Counted from the stretch's first letter, positions 11,585-22,171 are shown. The stretch is 64,000 bases of DNA from an uncultured delta proteobacterium (GCA_963841435.1 CAWJCS010000003.1:1487365-1551364), one strand, 5' to 3'. Notes: generated by a model from the sequence alone, not told the origin. Program-made: numbers and translations.

Positions 11585-12352
11585 ATGTGCGGTCGCTACA
11601 CCAACGAGGCGGCGCTCAGCGACGTGAGGCTCACGTTCGAGGTGGAGCAGGTCGAGCTCTTCCGCGACTGGAAGCCCACCTACAACATCACGCCGTCGTA
11701 CGGCCCCGGTTTCGAGCAGCTCATCGTCGTCCGCACGCGCGACGGGGTGCGCACGCTGAGGCTCGGGCGTTTCTGGATGATTCCGCCTCATTTCAACAAG
11801 CCGCTCGCGGAGCTGCCCACCTCCTTCAACGCTCGCGCCGAGGAGCTCGCCAAGAAGCCGATGTGGCGAGGGGCCTTCCGTTCGTCGCGCTGCCTCGTGC
11901 CCGCCACCGGCTGGCGCGAGTTCACGGGGCCCGCCGGGGCCAAGCAGCCGTACCATTTCCACTTCGGCCACTCGCTTTTCGCGTTCGCGGGGCTCTTTTC
12001 CCAGTGGCAGTCGCCCGACGGCGAGCTCGTCAACTCGTTTGCCATCGTCACCACCGAGCCCAACGCCGTCGCCGCGCCCATCCACGACCGCATGCCGCTC
12101 GTGATGCCGAAGCACCGCTACGCGGATTGGCTCGACCCGGGCGTCGACCCCGCCTCGGTGCTCGCCGAAGCCGAACTAAAAAGCCGTACGCTCGTCGTCG
12201 AGGTGTACCCGTCCGATCCCATCGCCAACGGCGGGCGCTACGAGGGGCCGCTTGCCATCGCACGGCTCGCGAAACCGGAGCCGCGACCCACGCCCGTGCA
12301 AACGTCGCTGTTCGGCGACGAGACCGCCCCAAAAAAGGCGCGGCGTCGCTGA
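11585..12352 (+). CDS. SOS response-associated peptidase (SRAP/YedK/HMCES abasic-site sensor)
   Basis: N-terminal MCGRY, FNARAE, RCLVPATGWRE, IHDRMP. Confidence 0.93.
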   Translation: MCGRYTNEAALSDVRLTFEVEQVELFRDWKPTYNITPSYGPGFEQLIVVRTRDGVRTLRLGRFWMIPPHFNKPLAELPTSFNARAEELAKKPMWRGAFRSSRCLVPATGWREFTGPAGAKQPYHFHFGHSLFAFAGLFSQWQSPDGELVNSFAIVTTEPNAVAAPIHDRMPLVMPKHRYADWLDPGVDPASVLAEAELKSRTLVVEVYPSDPIANGGRYEGPLAIARLAKPEPRPTPVQTSLFGDETAPKKARRR

Positions 12353-12428
12353 GGGCAGAGGCCCGACGCGAAGCGCCTCGCCCGAAAAGCAGCCATACCG
12401 CCGGCCGCGCGGTGTATGACACGCGCTG

Positions 12429-14423
12429 GTGCCGAGCGTCGCTCCCTCACCCTCGCTGATCTTCGACGACGCCGACCCGGGTCTCACGGCGCGCGCGCAC
12501 GGTGGCGGCACGCTCCTGTCCGTGGAGCGGAGCGTGCCCGCCGCTCGCTTCACCTGCCGGCTCGGCAAGCCCCGCGGCGTCACGCGCGCCGTCGCGCTCT
12601 TTCGCTACGAGCCGTTCTGGATGATGCCCCGCCCCATCGCCGACGTGGGCGCTGTCCCGCCCGACACCCAGCTTCTGCTGCTCGAGCTCGGCTCGGGTGC
12701 GGTTGCGCTCGTCGTGCCGCTGCTCGCGCCGCCGTACCGTGTGGGGCTCGCGGGCGCGGACGGAGCGCTCGTCGCCGTCGCCGACAGCGGCGATCCGGAG
12801 ACGAGCGGCAAGCGGGCCGACCTCGTGTACGTCGCCGTCGGCTCCGATCTCCACGCGCTCGTCGCGAACGGCGCCGACGACGTGGCCCGACTGCTCGGCG
12901 TGCGCCTGCGCCGCGCCGAGCACCCTCCTGACTTCGTCGATCGATTCGGCTGGTGCACGTGGGATGCCTTCTACCGAGATGTCTCGCACGAGCGGGTGCG
13001 CGAGGGCCTCGAGAGCTTCCGGAAGGGCGGCGTCGAGCCGCGGTTCTTGATCCTGGATGACGGCTGGCAGCCCGTTCGAAAGGCCCCGACGGGCGAAGAA
13101 CGCTTGGGCGGCGTCGGCGCGAACGAGAAATTCCCAGGTGGCCTCGGCCCCACCGTGCGGCTCGCCAAGGAGTCGTTCTCGGTCACGACCTTCCTGGTCT
13201 GGCACGCCGTGCACGGCTACTGGGGCGGGCTCGACGAGCAAGCCTTCCCCGACCTCGGCGTCTCCTCGACGCTGCGCTGGCAGTCACCGGAAATCCTGGC
13301 CCACTTTCCGCAAGGCAACTGGGAGTTCTGGGGCGCGATGGTCGGCCGCCCCGCGCCGAGTGCCGTGCCGGGCTTTTACGACCGCTACCATGCCGCGCTC
13401 GCCGCCGAGGGCGTCGACGGCGTGAAGGTCGACAATCAAGCGTCGATCGAAGGGCTCGCCCACGGCGCCGGGGGCCGCGTCGAGGCCGCACGCGAGGTGC
13501 GCGCCGGCCTCGAAGCGAGCGTCGCGCGGCACTTCCGAGGCCGGCTCATCAACTGCATGTCGTGCTCGACGGACCTCCTCTACCAGACGAAGCACTTCGG
13601 GCTCACGCGCACTTCCACTGATTTTTGGCCCAATCGGCCGGAATCGCACGGCCTACACGCCTACACCAATGCGCTCGTGAGCCTGTGGTTCGGCGAGTTC
13701 GCCGACGTGGACTTCGACATGTTCCAATCGGGGCACCCCGCGGGCGCCTTTCATGCTGCGCTGCGCGCCGTGAGCGGCGGCCCCGTGTACGTCTCCGACA
13801 AGCCCGGCAGCCACGACTTCGAGCTCCTGAAAAGGCTCGTGCTCTCGGACGGCAGCGTGCTCCGTGCGCGCCACCCCGGCCGACCCACGCGCGATTGCCT
13901 GTTCGAGAACGTCCTCGACGCCCCCGTCCTCTTCAAGATCTGGAACGAGAACAGGAGCGGCAGTGGGGTCGTCGGCCTCTTCAACGTACGCCACGTCGAC
14001 GGCGGCGGGCTCGTCGGCGGCCACGTGTGCCCTAGCGACGTGCCGACGCTGTCTGGCGACGATTTCGCCGTTTACCTGTACGGCGCGCGCACGGTCGCAC
14101 GCGTCCGCCGCCAACAGCGCGTCGCCGTGTCGCTCGGCCCCCTGCGGGCCGAAGTCGCGACGATCGTGCCCGTGACCGAAGGTTTTGCCGCGCTCGGCCT
14201 CGCCGACAAGCTGAACAGCGGCGGCGCCGTGACCGCCGTACGCCACCAGCCGCAAGGGGTCGAGATCGACCTCTGCGACGGCGGTTCGTTCGTCGCGTAC
14301 GCCGCTCGTCGGCCGCGAGCCGTGCGAGTCGACGAAAGGAACGTGCCCTTCGAGCACGAGGGCACGCTCCTTACCGTCGCCGTTCCCGTCGGGCAGCCGC
14401 GAAGCATCGCGGTCGAGCCCTGA
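12429..14423 (+). CDS. Sip1/raffinose-synthase-like alpha-galactosidase (GH36)
   Basis: FGWCTWDAFY, ILDDGWQ, VWHAVHGYWGG, GVDGVKVD, DFDMFQS, SGGPVYVSDKPG. Confidence 0.92.
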   Translation: MPSVAPSPSLIFDDADPGLTARAHGGGTLLSVERSVPAARFTCRLGKPRGVTRAVALFRYEPFWMMPRPIADVGAVPPDTQLLLLELGSGAVALVVPLLAPPYRVGLAGADGALVAVADSGDPETSGKRADLVYVAVGSDLHALVANGADDVARLLGVRLRRAEHPPDFVDRFGWCTWDAFYRDVSHERVREGLESFRKGGVEPRFLILDDGWQPVRKAPTGEERLGGVGANEKFPGGLGPTVRLAKESFSVTTFLVWHAVHGYWGGLDEQAFPDLGVSSTLRWQSPEILAHFPQGNWEFWGAMVGRPAPSAVPGFYDRYHAALAAEGVDGVKVDNQASIEGLAHGAGGRVEAAREVRAGLEASVARHFRGRLINCMSCSTDLLYQTKHFGLTRTSTDFWPNRPESHGLHAYTNALVSLWFGEFADVDFDMFQSGHPAGAFHAALRAVSGGPVYVSDKPGSHDFELLKRLVLSDGSVLRARHPGRPTRDCLFENVLDAPVLFKIWNENRSGSGVVGLFNVRHVDGGGLVGGHVCPSDVPTLSGDDFAVYLYGARTVARVRRQQRVAVSLGPLRAEVATIVPVTEGFAALGLADKLNSGGAVTAVRHQPQGVEIDLCDGGSFVAYAARRPRAVRVDERNVPFEHEGTLLTVAVPVGQPRSIAVEP

Positions 14424-14433
14424 CCGAGCGCGC

Positions 14434-14982
14434 TCAGGCCGCCTGCGTCGCGGAAGCCTTCACGGCCTGCACCTCGAGCTCGAGCTCGACCTTCTCACCG
14501 ACGAGCACGCCGCCTGCCTCGAGCGCCTGGTTCCACTTGAGCCCGTAGTCACGCCGGTCGAGGCTCCCCTTCGCCGTGAACAGAGCGCGCTGGTTGCCCC
14601 AGGGGTCCTTGGCAAGACCGCCGAACTCCGCATCGAGCGTGATGTCGCGCGTCACGTCGCGGATCGTGAGCTTGCCGTGCACCTTGAGGCTGCCGCCGCC
14701 CAGGTCCTCGACGCGCGTGCTCTTGAAGGAGAGCTCGGGGAACTTTTCGGCGTCGAAGAAGTCCGCGGAGCGGAGATGCTTGTCACGATCGCCGGTGCCC
14801 GTGTCGATGCTGCTCGCGTCGATGGTCACTTCGACCGACGAGCGCTCGAGCTGCTCCGGATCGAGGTGCACGGTGCCCTGGAAGGTGTCGAACCGACCGC
14901 GCACCTTGGCGAAGACCATGTGTCGTACGGCGAAGCCGACGCCGGAATGATGGGGATCGAGCTTGAAATCTTGAGTCGTCAT
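14434..14982 (-). CDS. YceI family polyisoprenoid-binding protein
   Basis: LDPHHSGVGFAVRH, RDKHLRSADFFD, DPWG; RBS AGGAGG before ATG 14982. Confidence 0.92.
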   Translation of the reverse strand: MTTQDFKLDPHHSGVGFAVRHMVFAKVRGRFDTFQGTVHLDPEQLERSSVEVTIDASSIDTGTGDRDKHLRSADFFDAEKFPELSFKSTRVEDLGGGSLKVHGKLTIRDVTRDITLDAEFGGLAKDPWGNQRALFTAKGSLDRRDYGLKWNQALEAGGVLVGEKVELELEVQAVKASATQAA

Positions 14983-15066
14983 GGGTTCCTCCTGCGTTCG
15001 CCATCCAACATGTAACCGTTCGGCCCATTGGACTAGGCCACTAAATTGGAATATACTGTTGCTCCA

Positions 15067-16006
15067 TTGGAACAATCTCGAAGGCGGACCCAGGGGGATC
15101 TGAACGAGGTGCTCGCCTTTGCCGCGGTCGTGCGGACGGGCAGCTTCACGCGCGCGGGCAGCGAGCTTTCACTGCCGAAGTCGAGTGTCAGTCGCAAGGT
15201 CGCGGACCTCGAAGCGAGGCTCGGCTCGCGGTTGCTCCAGCGCACCACGCGCAGCCTCAGCCTGACGGACGCGGGTCGGGCCTTCTACGAGCACGCGCAA
15301 CGCATCGTCGCCGAGCTCGAGGCGGCAACCGACACGGTGCTCGAGCTCGAGCAGGCGCCGCGCGGGCTCTTGCGAGTGACGACGCCCCTCAACTTCGGCA
15401 CCTTCGCGCTCCTCGCTTCGTCCTTCGTCAGGCGCTACCCCGAGGTCGCGCTCGATTCTGGTGTGCTCGGACCGCATGGTCGACCTCGTCGAGGAAAAGT
15501 TCGACGTGGCGATCCGCGCGAGCAAGCTCGCCGACTCGAGCCTCGTCGCTCGCCCGCTCGGGATCCTCAGAAGCTTCCTCGTCGCGGCGCCCTCGTACCT
15601 CCGGGCCCACGGCACGCCGCGAAAACCGGGCGACCTTTCGTCTCACGAGTGCCTGGTGTTCGGGGCCGGCACCGATCGCGGCCATTTTCGGCTGACCCGC
15701 AAGAACAAAGAGGTCGTCGTCAAGGCGCAAGGTCGCCTCGTGGTCAACGACTTCGACATCCTGCGCGGTGCCGCGCTCGACGGGCTCGGCATCACCCTCA
15801 TGCCGGCGCCGCGCATCGGCGACGACCTCGAGGTCGGGCGGCTCGTGCGCGTGCTACCCGATTGGTGCTCGCCCGCGCGTCCCATCCAGGCCGTCTATCC
15901 GAGCACGCGTCACCTTTCGCCGAAGGTGCGTGTCTTCGTCGATCACCTGGCAAGCAGCACGGACAAGCTTCCCTGGGAGCCGCTGCCCCGTGCACAGAAC
16001 GCGTGA
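15067..16006 (+). CDS. LysR-family regulator divergent from yceI; one frameshift at ~15456
   Basis: HTH GSFTRAG..L.LPKSSVSRKVADLEARLG.RLLQRTTR. Substrate domain SDRMVDLVEEKFDVAIR in the next frame; joined by removing one T. TTG start uncertain (15046 or 15067). Confidence 0.88.
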
Positions 16007-16081
16007 AGCGCCGTCCGGACAGGGTCGCGCGCGCGGTGGACCCAGGCCGCACGTCGCGACCGCTGCCGCGGGCCGCGGATG

Positions 16082-17350
16082 CTACTGGAAGATGCTGGCC
16101 CGGGTCGCGTCGAGTGGGCAGGTGTCGGCGCCCCACGCCGTGAGCGGGCCGGTCCACTTCGAGTTCATGTTGAGCTCTGGGTACTCGGTGTCGCCGTACC
16201 AGAGCCACGGCGTGTAGCCCTGCTTGTTCGCGTTCGCGCGGCTGATGACGGTCTGCCACTCGACGGCGCCGCTCGAGTGCGTATTGCCGAACTCGCCGAC
16301 GAGAAGGGGAATGCCCCCGCTCTGGGCGCTGTCCATGCAGCCCTGCACCATCGCCGCCGTGCCGCCGTGGCCACCGTTGTACGTGAGGTACGTGTAGATG
16401 TGCACGTCGAAGAGGATGTTGTGGAGGGGATCCGCGGTGACGATGGGGCCGCCGCCGAGCAGCGAGTCGCAGCCCTGGCCCCAGTCGTTGCCGGTGATGA
16501 CGAGCGTGTGCTCGAGGCCCGCATTGCGCAAATACGCGACGGCGGCGTCGTACTCGGAATTGAAGCTCGCGGCGGCGATGTTGTACTCGTTCGCGATCCC
16601 GAGCAGCATGTAAGGCTCGTAGGCCTCGAGCACGGCCTTGTAGTCGGGGTCGTTGACCATGAGCTTTGCCATGCGCAGCGCCTCGCCGGCCTTCGTCTGC
16701 CCCGTGGGGTCGTTGATGGCGAGGATCGGGATCATCTTCAGCTCGACGACGCGGTAGAGGATCTCGGCGAGCAGCGCCGGATTCGTGCCGATGACGTTCT
16801 TTTGTGGCTGGTCGTCGCCGGGGCCGCCCGGGTCGATCGTCTGGAAAGCCCAGCCGACGCGCACGGCGTTGGCACCCTGGGCCGCGATGCCGTCGAGGCC
16901 GACGTACGCCGAGTATTGACCGCAGATGTCGTACCAGGCGTGCGAGTTGTTGACGCCGCGGACGACGAACGGGTTGCCGTAGGGATCACGAAGCTCCGCG
17001 CCCGACGTTCTGGAAGTGCGGCTGAACGACCTTCGCGGGGTCGAGCGCTGGTGGCTTCAGGAAGTCGGGCTTCACCTCACCCCAGGTGCACGTGCGGGGC
17101 GGCACGTCGTAGCCCTGGTTCTCCTTCGACTTTGGCACGACGGTCGCCGTGGTGGTGCCGGGGATGACGCAGGAGTTGTTGTCCTCCCAGCCCCAGTCCG
17201 GAAACGCGGGGTCGGACGCCATGGTGACGAAGCGGCAGAGCGGCACGCAGTCGGCCCACTTGCAGCTGTCCTCGACGGGGTCGCCGTTCAAGTAAATGCC
17301 GGGCCGCGGCTCGGGCGTCGGCAGCGGCATGAGCGTCGTGCAGGGCAGGA
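16082..17350 (-). CDS. GH5 beta-mannanase-like glycoside hydrolase with a CBM10-like module; 5' end missing, frameshift at ~17008
   Basis: After removing one base: ELRDPYGNPFVVRGVNNSHAWY...IANEYN (acid/base)...FDVHIY...LVGEFG (nucleophile). Upstream CVPLC...DWGWEDNNSCV resembles CBM10. No signal peptide found. Confidence 0.75.
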
Positions 17351-17528
17351 TTGCGAGGCGCTCGGGCTCGGCTACCTCGCGTGGTCGTGGATGGGCAACA
17401 ACGCCGACACCGCCCAGCTCGATTTGGCCGAAGACTGGGAGGGCCCGCTCACGACGTGGGGCCACGACGCGTTCGAGGGCGACAACGGCATCACGACGAC
17501 GGCGAAACCCGCCAGCATCTTCGAGTAG
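17345..17528 (+). pseudogene. C-terminal fragment of a second GH5 mannanase
   Basis: LGYLAWSWMGNNADTAQLDLAEDWEGPLTTWG...KPASIFE* matches the C-terminus typical of GH5_8 mannanases; no N-terminal part. Confidence 0.7.
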
Positions 17529-17544
17529 GCTCGGCCCAAAGGTC

Positions 17545-17844
17545 ATGCTGTTCGTCACCCAGCTCGTCTACGTGCACCCCGGCAAGGAAAAGGAGTTCGA
17601 CGACTTCGAGGCCCGCGTGCTGCCGCTGCTACCGAAGTACGGCGGCGAGCTGCTCATGCGGCTGCGCCCCGATGCCGCCAGCATGCTCGCAGGGACACTC
17701 GAGAAGCCCTACGAGGTGCACCTCGTGCGGTTCGAGGACCAGGACGGGCTCGCGCGCTACACGGCCGATGACGAGCGGGTGAAAGTGCTCGCCCTCAAGG
17801 ACGAGGCCGTCAGGAGCCAGCTGATCGTCAAAGGCCGCGCGTGA
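17545..17844 (+). CDS. DUF1330-like small alpha/beta protein
   Basis: MLFVTQLVYVHPGKEKEFDDFEARVLPLLPKYGGELLMR...EVHLVRF. Confidence 0.7.
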   Translation: MLFVTQLVYVHPGKEKEFDDFEARVLPLLPKYGGELLMRLRPDAASMLAGTLEKPYEVHLVRFEDQDGLARYTADDERVKVLALKDEAVRSQLIVKGRA

Positions 17845-17942
17845 GGAGAGATTCGGCCGCGACGCGAGGTGCGAGCCGAACCCACATCCGGGGATCGACT
17901 GGCCGACGTTGCCGGTGTTGGTGCAAACTGGAAGAACCCGCC

Positions 17943-18497
17943 TTGTCCCCCGCTCGTTGCTTTTCGTGCCTGACACTCTCTTTTGCTCTCGTGAGCGCGG
18001 CGGCGTGCTCGAGCAAGGAGTTCACCGACGCCGCGGGCAGCGGGGGCACGAGCAGCGGCCCACCCGCGGACGTGTCGGGCATCTACACGGTGGCGCTCAC
18101 GAACCGCCAGAACACGTGCAGTACCGTCACGGACTGGGTCGAGGGCGAGATGACGACGGACATCAAGCTCGACGTCATGCAGGACGGCGCCGACATCACG
18201 GGAAACGTCCAGGGGCTGGTGGGCGCGTGGCTCGCGCTGCTGATCGGCACGGCGGATTTCGAGGGCACCGTGCACGGCTCTGCCTTCAGCCTCACGGCTT
18301 ACGGTACCAAGTCGAGCATGCAAGGGAACTGTACGCTGACGCTGAACGCCATCATCGACGCCACGCTGATCGGCAACTCGATCTCTGGCACGGTGACCTA
18401 CAAGCCTGCCATCAGCACGAACCCGGACTGCGCGCCGTACGACTGCGAGGCCGTGCAAGAGCTCAGCGGCAGCCGACCGCCCCCGGCGGGTGGTTGA
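17943..18497 (+). CDS. Hypothetical lipoprotein
   Basis: Lipobox-like VSAAAC, Gly linker, beta-rich domain; start uncertain. Confidence 0.6.
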   Translation: MSPARCFSCLTLSFALVSAAACSSKEFTDAAGSGGTSSGPPADVSGIYTVALTNRQNTCSTVTDWVEGEMTTDIKLDVMQDGADITGNVQGLVGAWLALLIGTADFEGTVHGSAFSLTAYGTKSSMQGNCTLTLNAIIDATLIGNSISGTVTYKPAISTNPDCAPYDCEAVQELSGSRPPPAGG

Positions 18498-19836
18498 TGT
18501 GCGTGGCCGACCACGGCGCCTCCTCTCGCTCGGCGCCCTGACTTTCGGCGCGCTGCTCGCCTGTGGGGGCGGGGACGACGCGGGCGTCGGCGGAACTTCA
18601 GCGAACGGCGGATCAGGGGGCGAAAACGGCGGATCGGGCGGCAAGGGCGGCGGCAGCGGGGCTTCGGCGAGCGGCAACGGCGGCGGCGGGACTTCCGCGA
18701 GCGGCAACGGCGGCGGCGGGACCGCGGCGAACGGCGGGACCGCGGCGAACGGCGGGACCGCGGCGAACGGCGGGGCGGCTGGCACGACCGGCGGGGCGGC
18801 TGGCACGACCGGCGGCTCGGCGAGCGGCGGGGCGAGCGGCTCGGGCGTCTGCTCCGACGCCTGCGCGTTCACCGGCGGCGTTGACTACCAGTGCAAAGTC
18901 CGGTTCATGTTCGGGGTGAACTACCCGTGGCAAAATTTCGGGGGCGATTTCGGCGGCGGGACCCGCGGCGTCGCGGCGACGCGGAGCACGATCCAGACCA
19001 CGCTCTCGACCATGGCCTCGAACGGAGTGAACGTCGTGCGCTGGTGGGTGTGGCCGAACTTCACGGGCAACGGCGTCTCGTTCGACGCCAGCGGCAAGCC
19101 CACGGGCCTCACGAGCACGACGCTCGCGGATCTGGAGGCGGCGCTCGAGCTCGCGGAGCAGTACGACCTTTACCTGATGCTCACGCTGTTCTCGTTCGAC
19201 AACTTCAAGACCTCGCTCGACGCGAACCGTCGCATGTTGACCATCGCGCTCGACGCGACGAAGCGTGCGGCCCTCGTGGACAGCGTCGTGCGCCCCTTCG
19301 CGCGGGCGGCCACGGCGAGCAGCCACGGAAGGCGCGTCATCGCGTGGGATGTCATCAACGAGCCGGAGTGGGCCGTAACGGGGCCGAGCCTGTACGGCGG
19401 CGACGACCCCTTCGACCCAGCCAGCGACTGCTCTACCATCACGCACGCTCAGATGGAAACGCTGCTCGTCGACGTCATCGCGGGGCTTCGCGCCGAGAGC
19501 CCCGCGCTCGTCACGGTGGGCGCGGCAGCCATGAAGTGGCGCCACGCCTGGTCGAGGCTGGACCAGGACTTCTATCAGTTTCACATCTACGATTGGGTGC
19601 AGGAGTTCTGGCCGTACACGACGAGCCCGTCCGAGCTCGGCGTCGCCGACAAGCCCGTCGTCATGGGCGAGTTTCCGCCTCAGGGCGTTTCAGGAGCGAC
19701 CTATCGCACGATGCTGGACAGCTGGTACCAAAATGGCTACTCGGGGGCCCTGGCCTGGCGCGACGGCAGCTATCGCGTCAACTGGGCCGACGTGAAGGCG
19801 TTCGCCGATGCTCACCCCTGCGAGACGCAGTATTGA
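18490..19836 (+). CDS. Lipoprotein GH5 glycoside hydrolase (GH5_10 mannanase-like) with Gly-rich linker
   Basis: LLAC lipobox; GVNYPW..FGGDFG, VVRWW, WDVINEPEW, FYQFHIY, KPVVMGEF. Confidence 0.78.
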   Translation: MVDVRGRPRRLLSLGALTFGALLACGGGDDAGVGGTSANGGSGGENGGSGGKGGGSGASASGNGGGGTSASGNGGGGTAANGGTAANGGTAANGGAAGTTGGAAGTTGGSASGGASGSGVCSDACAFTGGVDYQCKVRFMFGVNYPWQNFGGDFGGGTRGVAATRSTIQTTLSTMASNGVNVVRWWVWPNFTGNGVSFDASGKPTGLTSTTLADLEAALELAEQYDLYLMLTLFSFDNFKTSLDANRRMLTIALDATKRAALVDSVVRPFARAATASSHGRRVIAWDVINEPEWAVTGPSLYGGDDPFDPASDCSTITHAQMETLLVDVIAGLRAESPALVTVGAAAMKWRHAWSRLDQDFYQFHIYDWVQEFWPYTTSPSELGVADKPVVMGEFPPQGVSGATYRTMLDSWYQNGYSGALAWRDGSYRVNWADVKAFADAHPCETQY

Positions 19837-19840
19837 TACG

Positions 19841-20353
19841 GTGTCGAAAAGTACCCGGCGCACAATTTGGAACGTGGTGATCGTCGTGGGCGTTCTCGCG
19901 GCGGGCAGCACGTTCGTGGTCTGGCAGACGCGGTCGCTCGAACGCCACGAAAGGCCAGTGTCGGCGCACACGGGCCCCCAGCCGGGCAACGACGCGGCGG
20001 CGGCGATCGATCTGGCCCTCCCCGACCCCTCGTCGGACCCTGCGCCGAGCGCCGCGCCGTTCGGCTCGGTGCTCACGCCCGACAAAGCCTCACGGCTCAG
20101 CATCGCCGAGCTCGAGGCGCTCGTTGCAAAGGACCCCGCCGCCGCGCTGCTCGGCTTCGATACGAGAACGGCGAAGAACGACGCCGAGGCAGAGCGGCTT
20201 GCCGTCATCGAGGTGAAGGCGCTCGTGGGCATCGGGCGCATGGGACCCGCGCGGGCGCGGGCGGCCGCCTACTACGAGCGCTGGCCCGACGGGCCTGACA
20301 TCGCCGAGCTCGAGCGCCTCACGGGCCAGCATCCGACCAAGCGCACCCCTTAG
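19841..20353 (+). CDS. Hypothetical membrane-anchored protein
   Basis: N-terminal TM; C-terminal TPR-like helix (ARARAAAYYERWPDGP). Confidence 0.6.
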   Translation: MSKSTRRTIWNVVIVVGVLAAGSTFVVWQTRSLERHERPVSAHTGPQPGNDAAAAIDLALPDPSSDPAPSAAPFGSVLTPDKASRLSIAELEALVAKDPAAALLGFDTRTAKNDAEAERLAVIEVKALVGIGRMGPARARAAAYYERWPDGPDIAELERLTGQHPTKRTP

Positions 20354-20375
20354 CCGAGGCTAGAGCGCGACCCCC

Positions 20376-20915
20376 TCACGCCCGGAGCCGCTCGGAGATG
20401 CGGTGCCCGTCTCCGAGCTTTCGCCCGAAGAGGTTGACGTACAGCACGCGCGGCGTCACGCCCGACTCCGCCGTCTGGACGTGGATGCGCTCGAGGGTCG
20501 CCGGCTGGCCGTGCATCGGTACGCGCGCGTGATAGCTCTCGCGAGCCCGCCGCACGACGGCGATCTCGCGCTTTTCGAAGGCCGTGAGGCGCATCCTGAA
20601 ACCCTCGGGGGCAACGCTCCCCACGACGCTGTAGCCGTAGGCAAAGTGGCGCTCGAGCCACGTGAGCCCCTCGCGTCGCCCGTCCTTGGCCTTCATCACC
20701 CAGTAGGCGCTGATCGGATCCTCGGGGTTGACGCTGCCGCTCTCGCGGAGCCGGGCGTCGTAGTGGACGACGTTCGCGTTCGTGCTGCGCGTGATGACGA
20801 AGAGCGGCAGCGCGCGGCCCCCCGCTCGCGCGGGAGCGGGGTCGAACGTCGTGACGAGCACGCCCGAGAGCGCACCCACGAGCAACTGGCGGCGATCGAG
20901 GGCCTGGGACGGCAT
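20376..20915 (-). CDS. DUF4833 domain protein with Tat-like signal
   Basis: DRRQLL signal; LFVITRSTNANVVHYD, AYWVM, LTWLERHFAYGY. Confidence 0.8.
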   Translation of the reverse strand: MPSQALDRRQLLVGALSGVLVTTFDPAPARAGGRALPLFVITRSTNANVVHYDARLRESGSVNPEDPISAYWVMKAKDGRREGLTWLERHFAYGYSVVGSVAPEGFRMRLTAFEKREIAVVRRARESYHARVPMHGQPATLERIHVQTAESGVTPRVLYVNLFGRKLGDGHRISERLRA

Positions 20916-21025
20916 GACCCTTCATGCAGCACGCGCTCGTCGAGGCGAAGCAGAGTGCGAATCGACGCCATCAGTTTTCGCGTCCGACCCGCGAGCGTCA
21001 CGTATTCGAGCTAATCGGGTAGTCC

Positions 21026-22171
21026 GTGCAGGCCCCGAGCTTGGCGCGCAGGCTCCGCCGCGGTGTGCGACGAACGTTGCTCGGCGCGGTGGCTTTCCTC
21101 CTTGCGAGCTGCGTCGTGCCCACCCGGGAGGCGACACACGGCGTCGCGGCCGCGCCGCCGCCACCGGAGCAGCCGACGCACGTCGTCATCGTGACGCTCG
21201 ACGGGGCGCGACCGCGAGAGATCTTCGAAGGAGTCGATCCGGAGCTCGCGCGCGCGCAGGGGCTCCCGGAGGCGGCCGTCGTGGCGGCACACACGCTGTT
21301 GCCGAACCTCTCCGAGCTGATGGGCGCAGGCGCCGTGTTCGGCTCGGCTGCGGACGGTGCTCCCATGCAGGCATCGGGGCCAAACTTCGTTTCGCTGCCT
21401 GGATACACGGAGCTCATGACGGGACGCGGCCCGAGCTCCTGCGCCGACAACGGCTGCCGCTGGGTCGGGGAGCACACGCTCGTCGACGACCTCACGCGGG
21501 CGCGCGGCTGCCGCAGCGAGCGAGCCGCCGTCGTCTCGTCGTGGCCGGACATCGGGCGCGTCGTGGCGCTCCGTGCCGAGTGCGCGACGGTCTCGAGCGG
21601 TCGCCACGGCGGCAGCAACCGGGAGCGCTTCGAGGCTTCGCCGCGCCTCGCGCGGGCGCTCGAACGCGGTGAGAAGGTCGATCCCTTCCCGGGCGTCGGC
21701 GACTTTCGGCCCGACCGGCTCACGGCGCCCCTCGCGATCGGCTACCTGGAGGAGCACGCGCCGGACTTCTTGTTCCTCGCTCTCGGAGAAACCGACGAGT
21801 ACGCGCACCGGGGCGACTACCGCGGGTACCTCGCTGCCCTGCGCGAAGCCGACCGCAGCATCGGCGAGCTTCGGCGCGTGCTCGCGACCCTCGAGGCCAA
21901 GGGGCACCGAACGGCGCTGTTCGTCACGGCCGACCACGGGCGCGCGCGCTCGTTTCGTGACCACGGTGAGCGCTACCCGGAGTCGGCGAGCATCTGGCTC
22001 GTCGCCGCCGGTTCCGCGATCACGCGACCGGCGGCGCCCTCGCGCCGGGCCCACCGGCTCGCCGACGTGGCGCCCACGGTGCGCCGTCTCTTGGGCCTCG
22101 CCGACGACCGCTCCGAGCGAGCCGGCGAGCCCTTCTCAGAGCTCGTGGGCGCCCGGCTCGCGACCCGCTGA
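21026..22171 (+). CDS. Alkaline-phosphatase-superfamily metalloenzyme (lipoprotein)
   Basis: VVIVTLDGAR, SLPGYTEL, ETDEYAH, VTADHG. Confidence 0.85.
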   Translation: MQAPSLARRLRRGVRRTLLGAVAFLLASCVVPTREATHGVAAAPPPPEQPTHVVIVTLDGARPREIFEGVDPELARAQGLPEAAVVAAHTLLPNLSELMGAGAVFGSAADGAPMQASGPNFVSLPGYTELMTGRGPSSCADNGCRWVGEHTLVDDLTRARGCRSERAAVVSSWPDIGRVVALRAECATVSSGRHGGSNRERFEASPRLARALERGEKVDPFPGVGDFRPDRLTAPLAIGYLEEHAPDFLFLALGETDEYAHRGDYRGYLAALREADRSIGELRRVLATLEAKGHRTALFVTADHGRARSFRDHGERYPESASIWLVAAGSAITRPAAPSRRAHRLADVAPTVRRLLGLADDRSERAGEPFSELVGARLATR

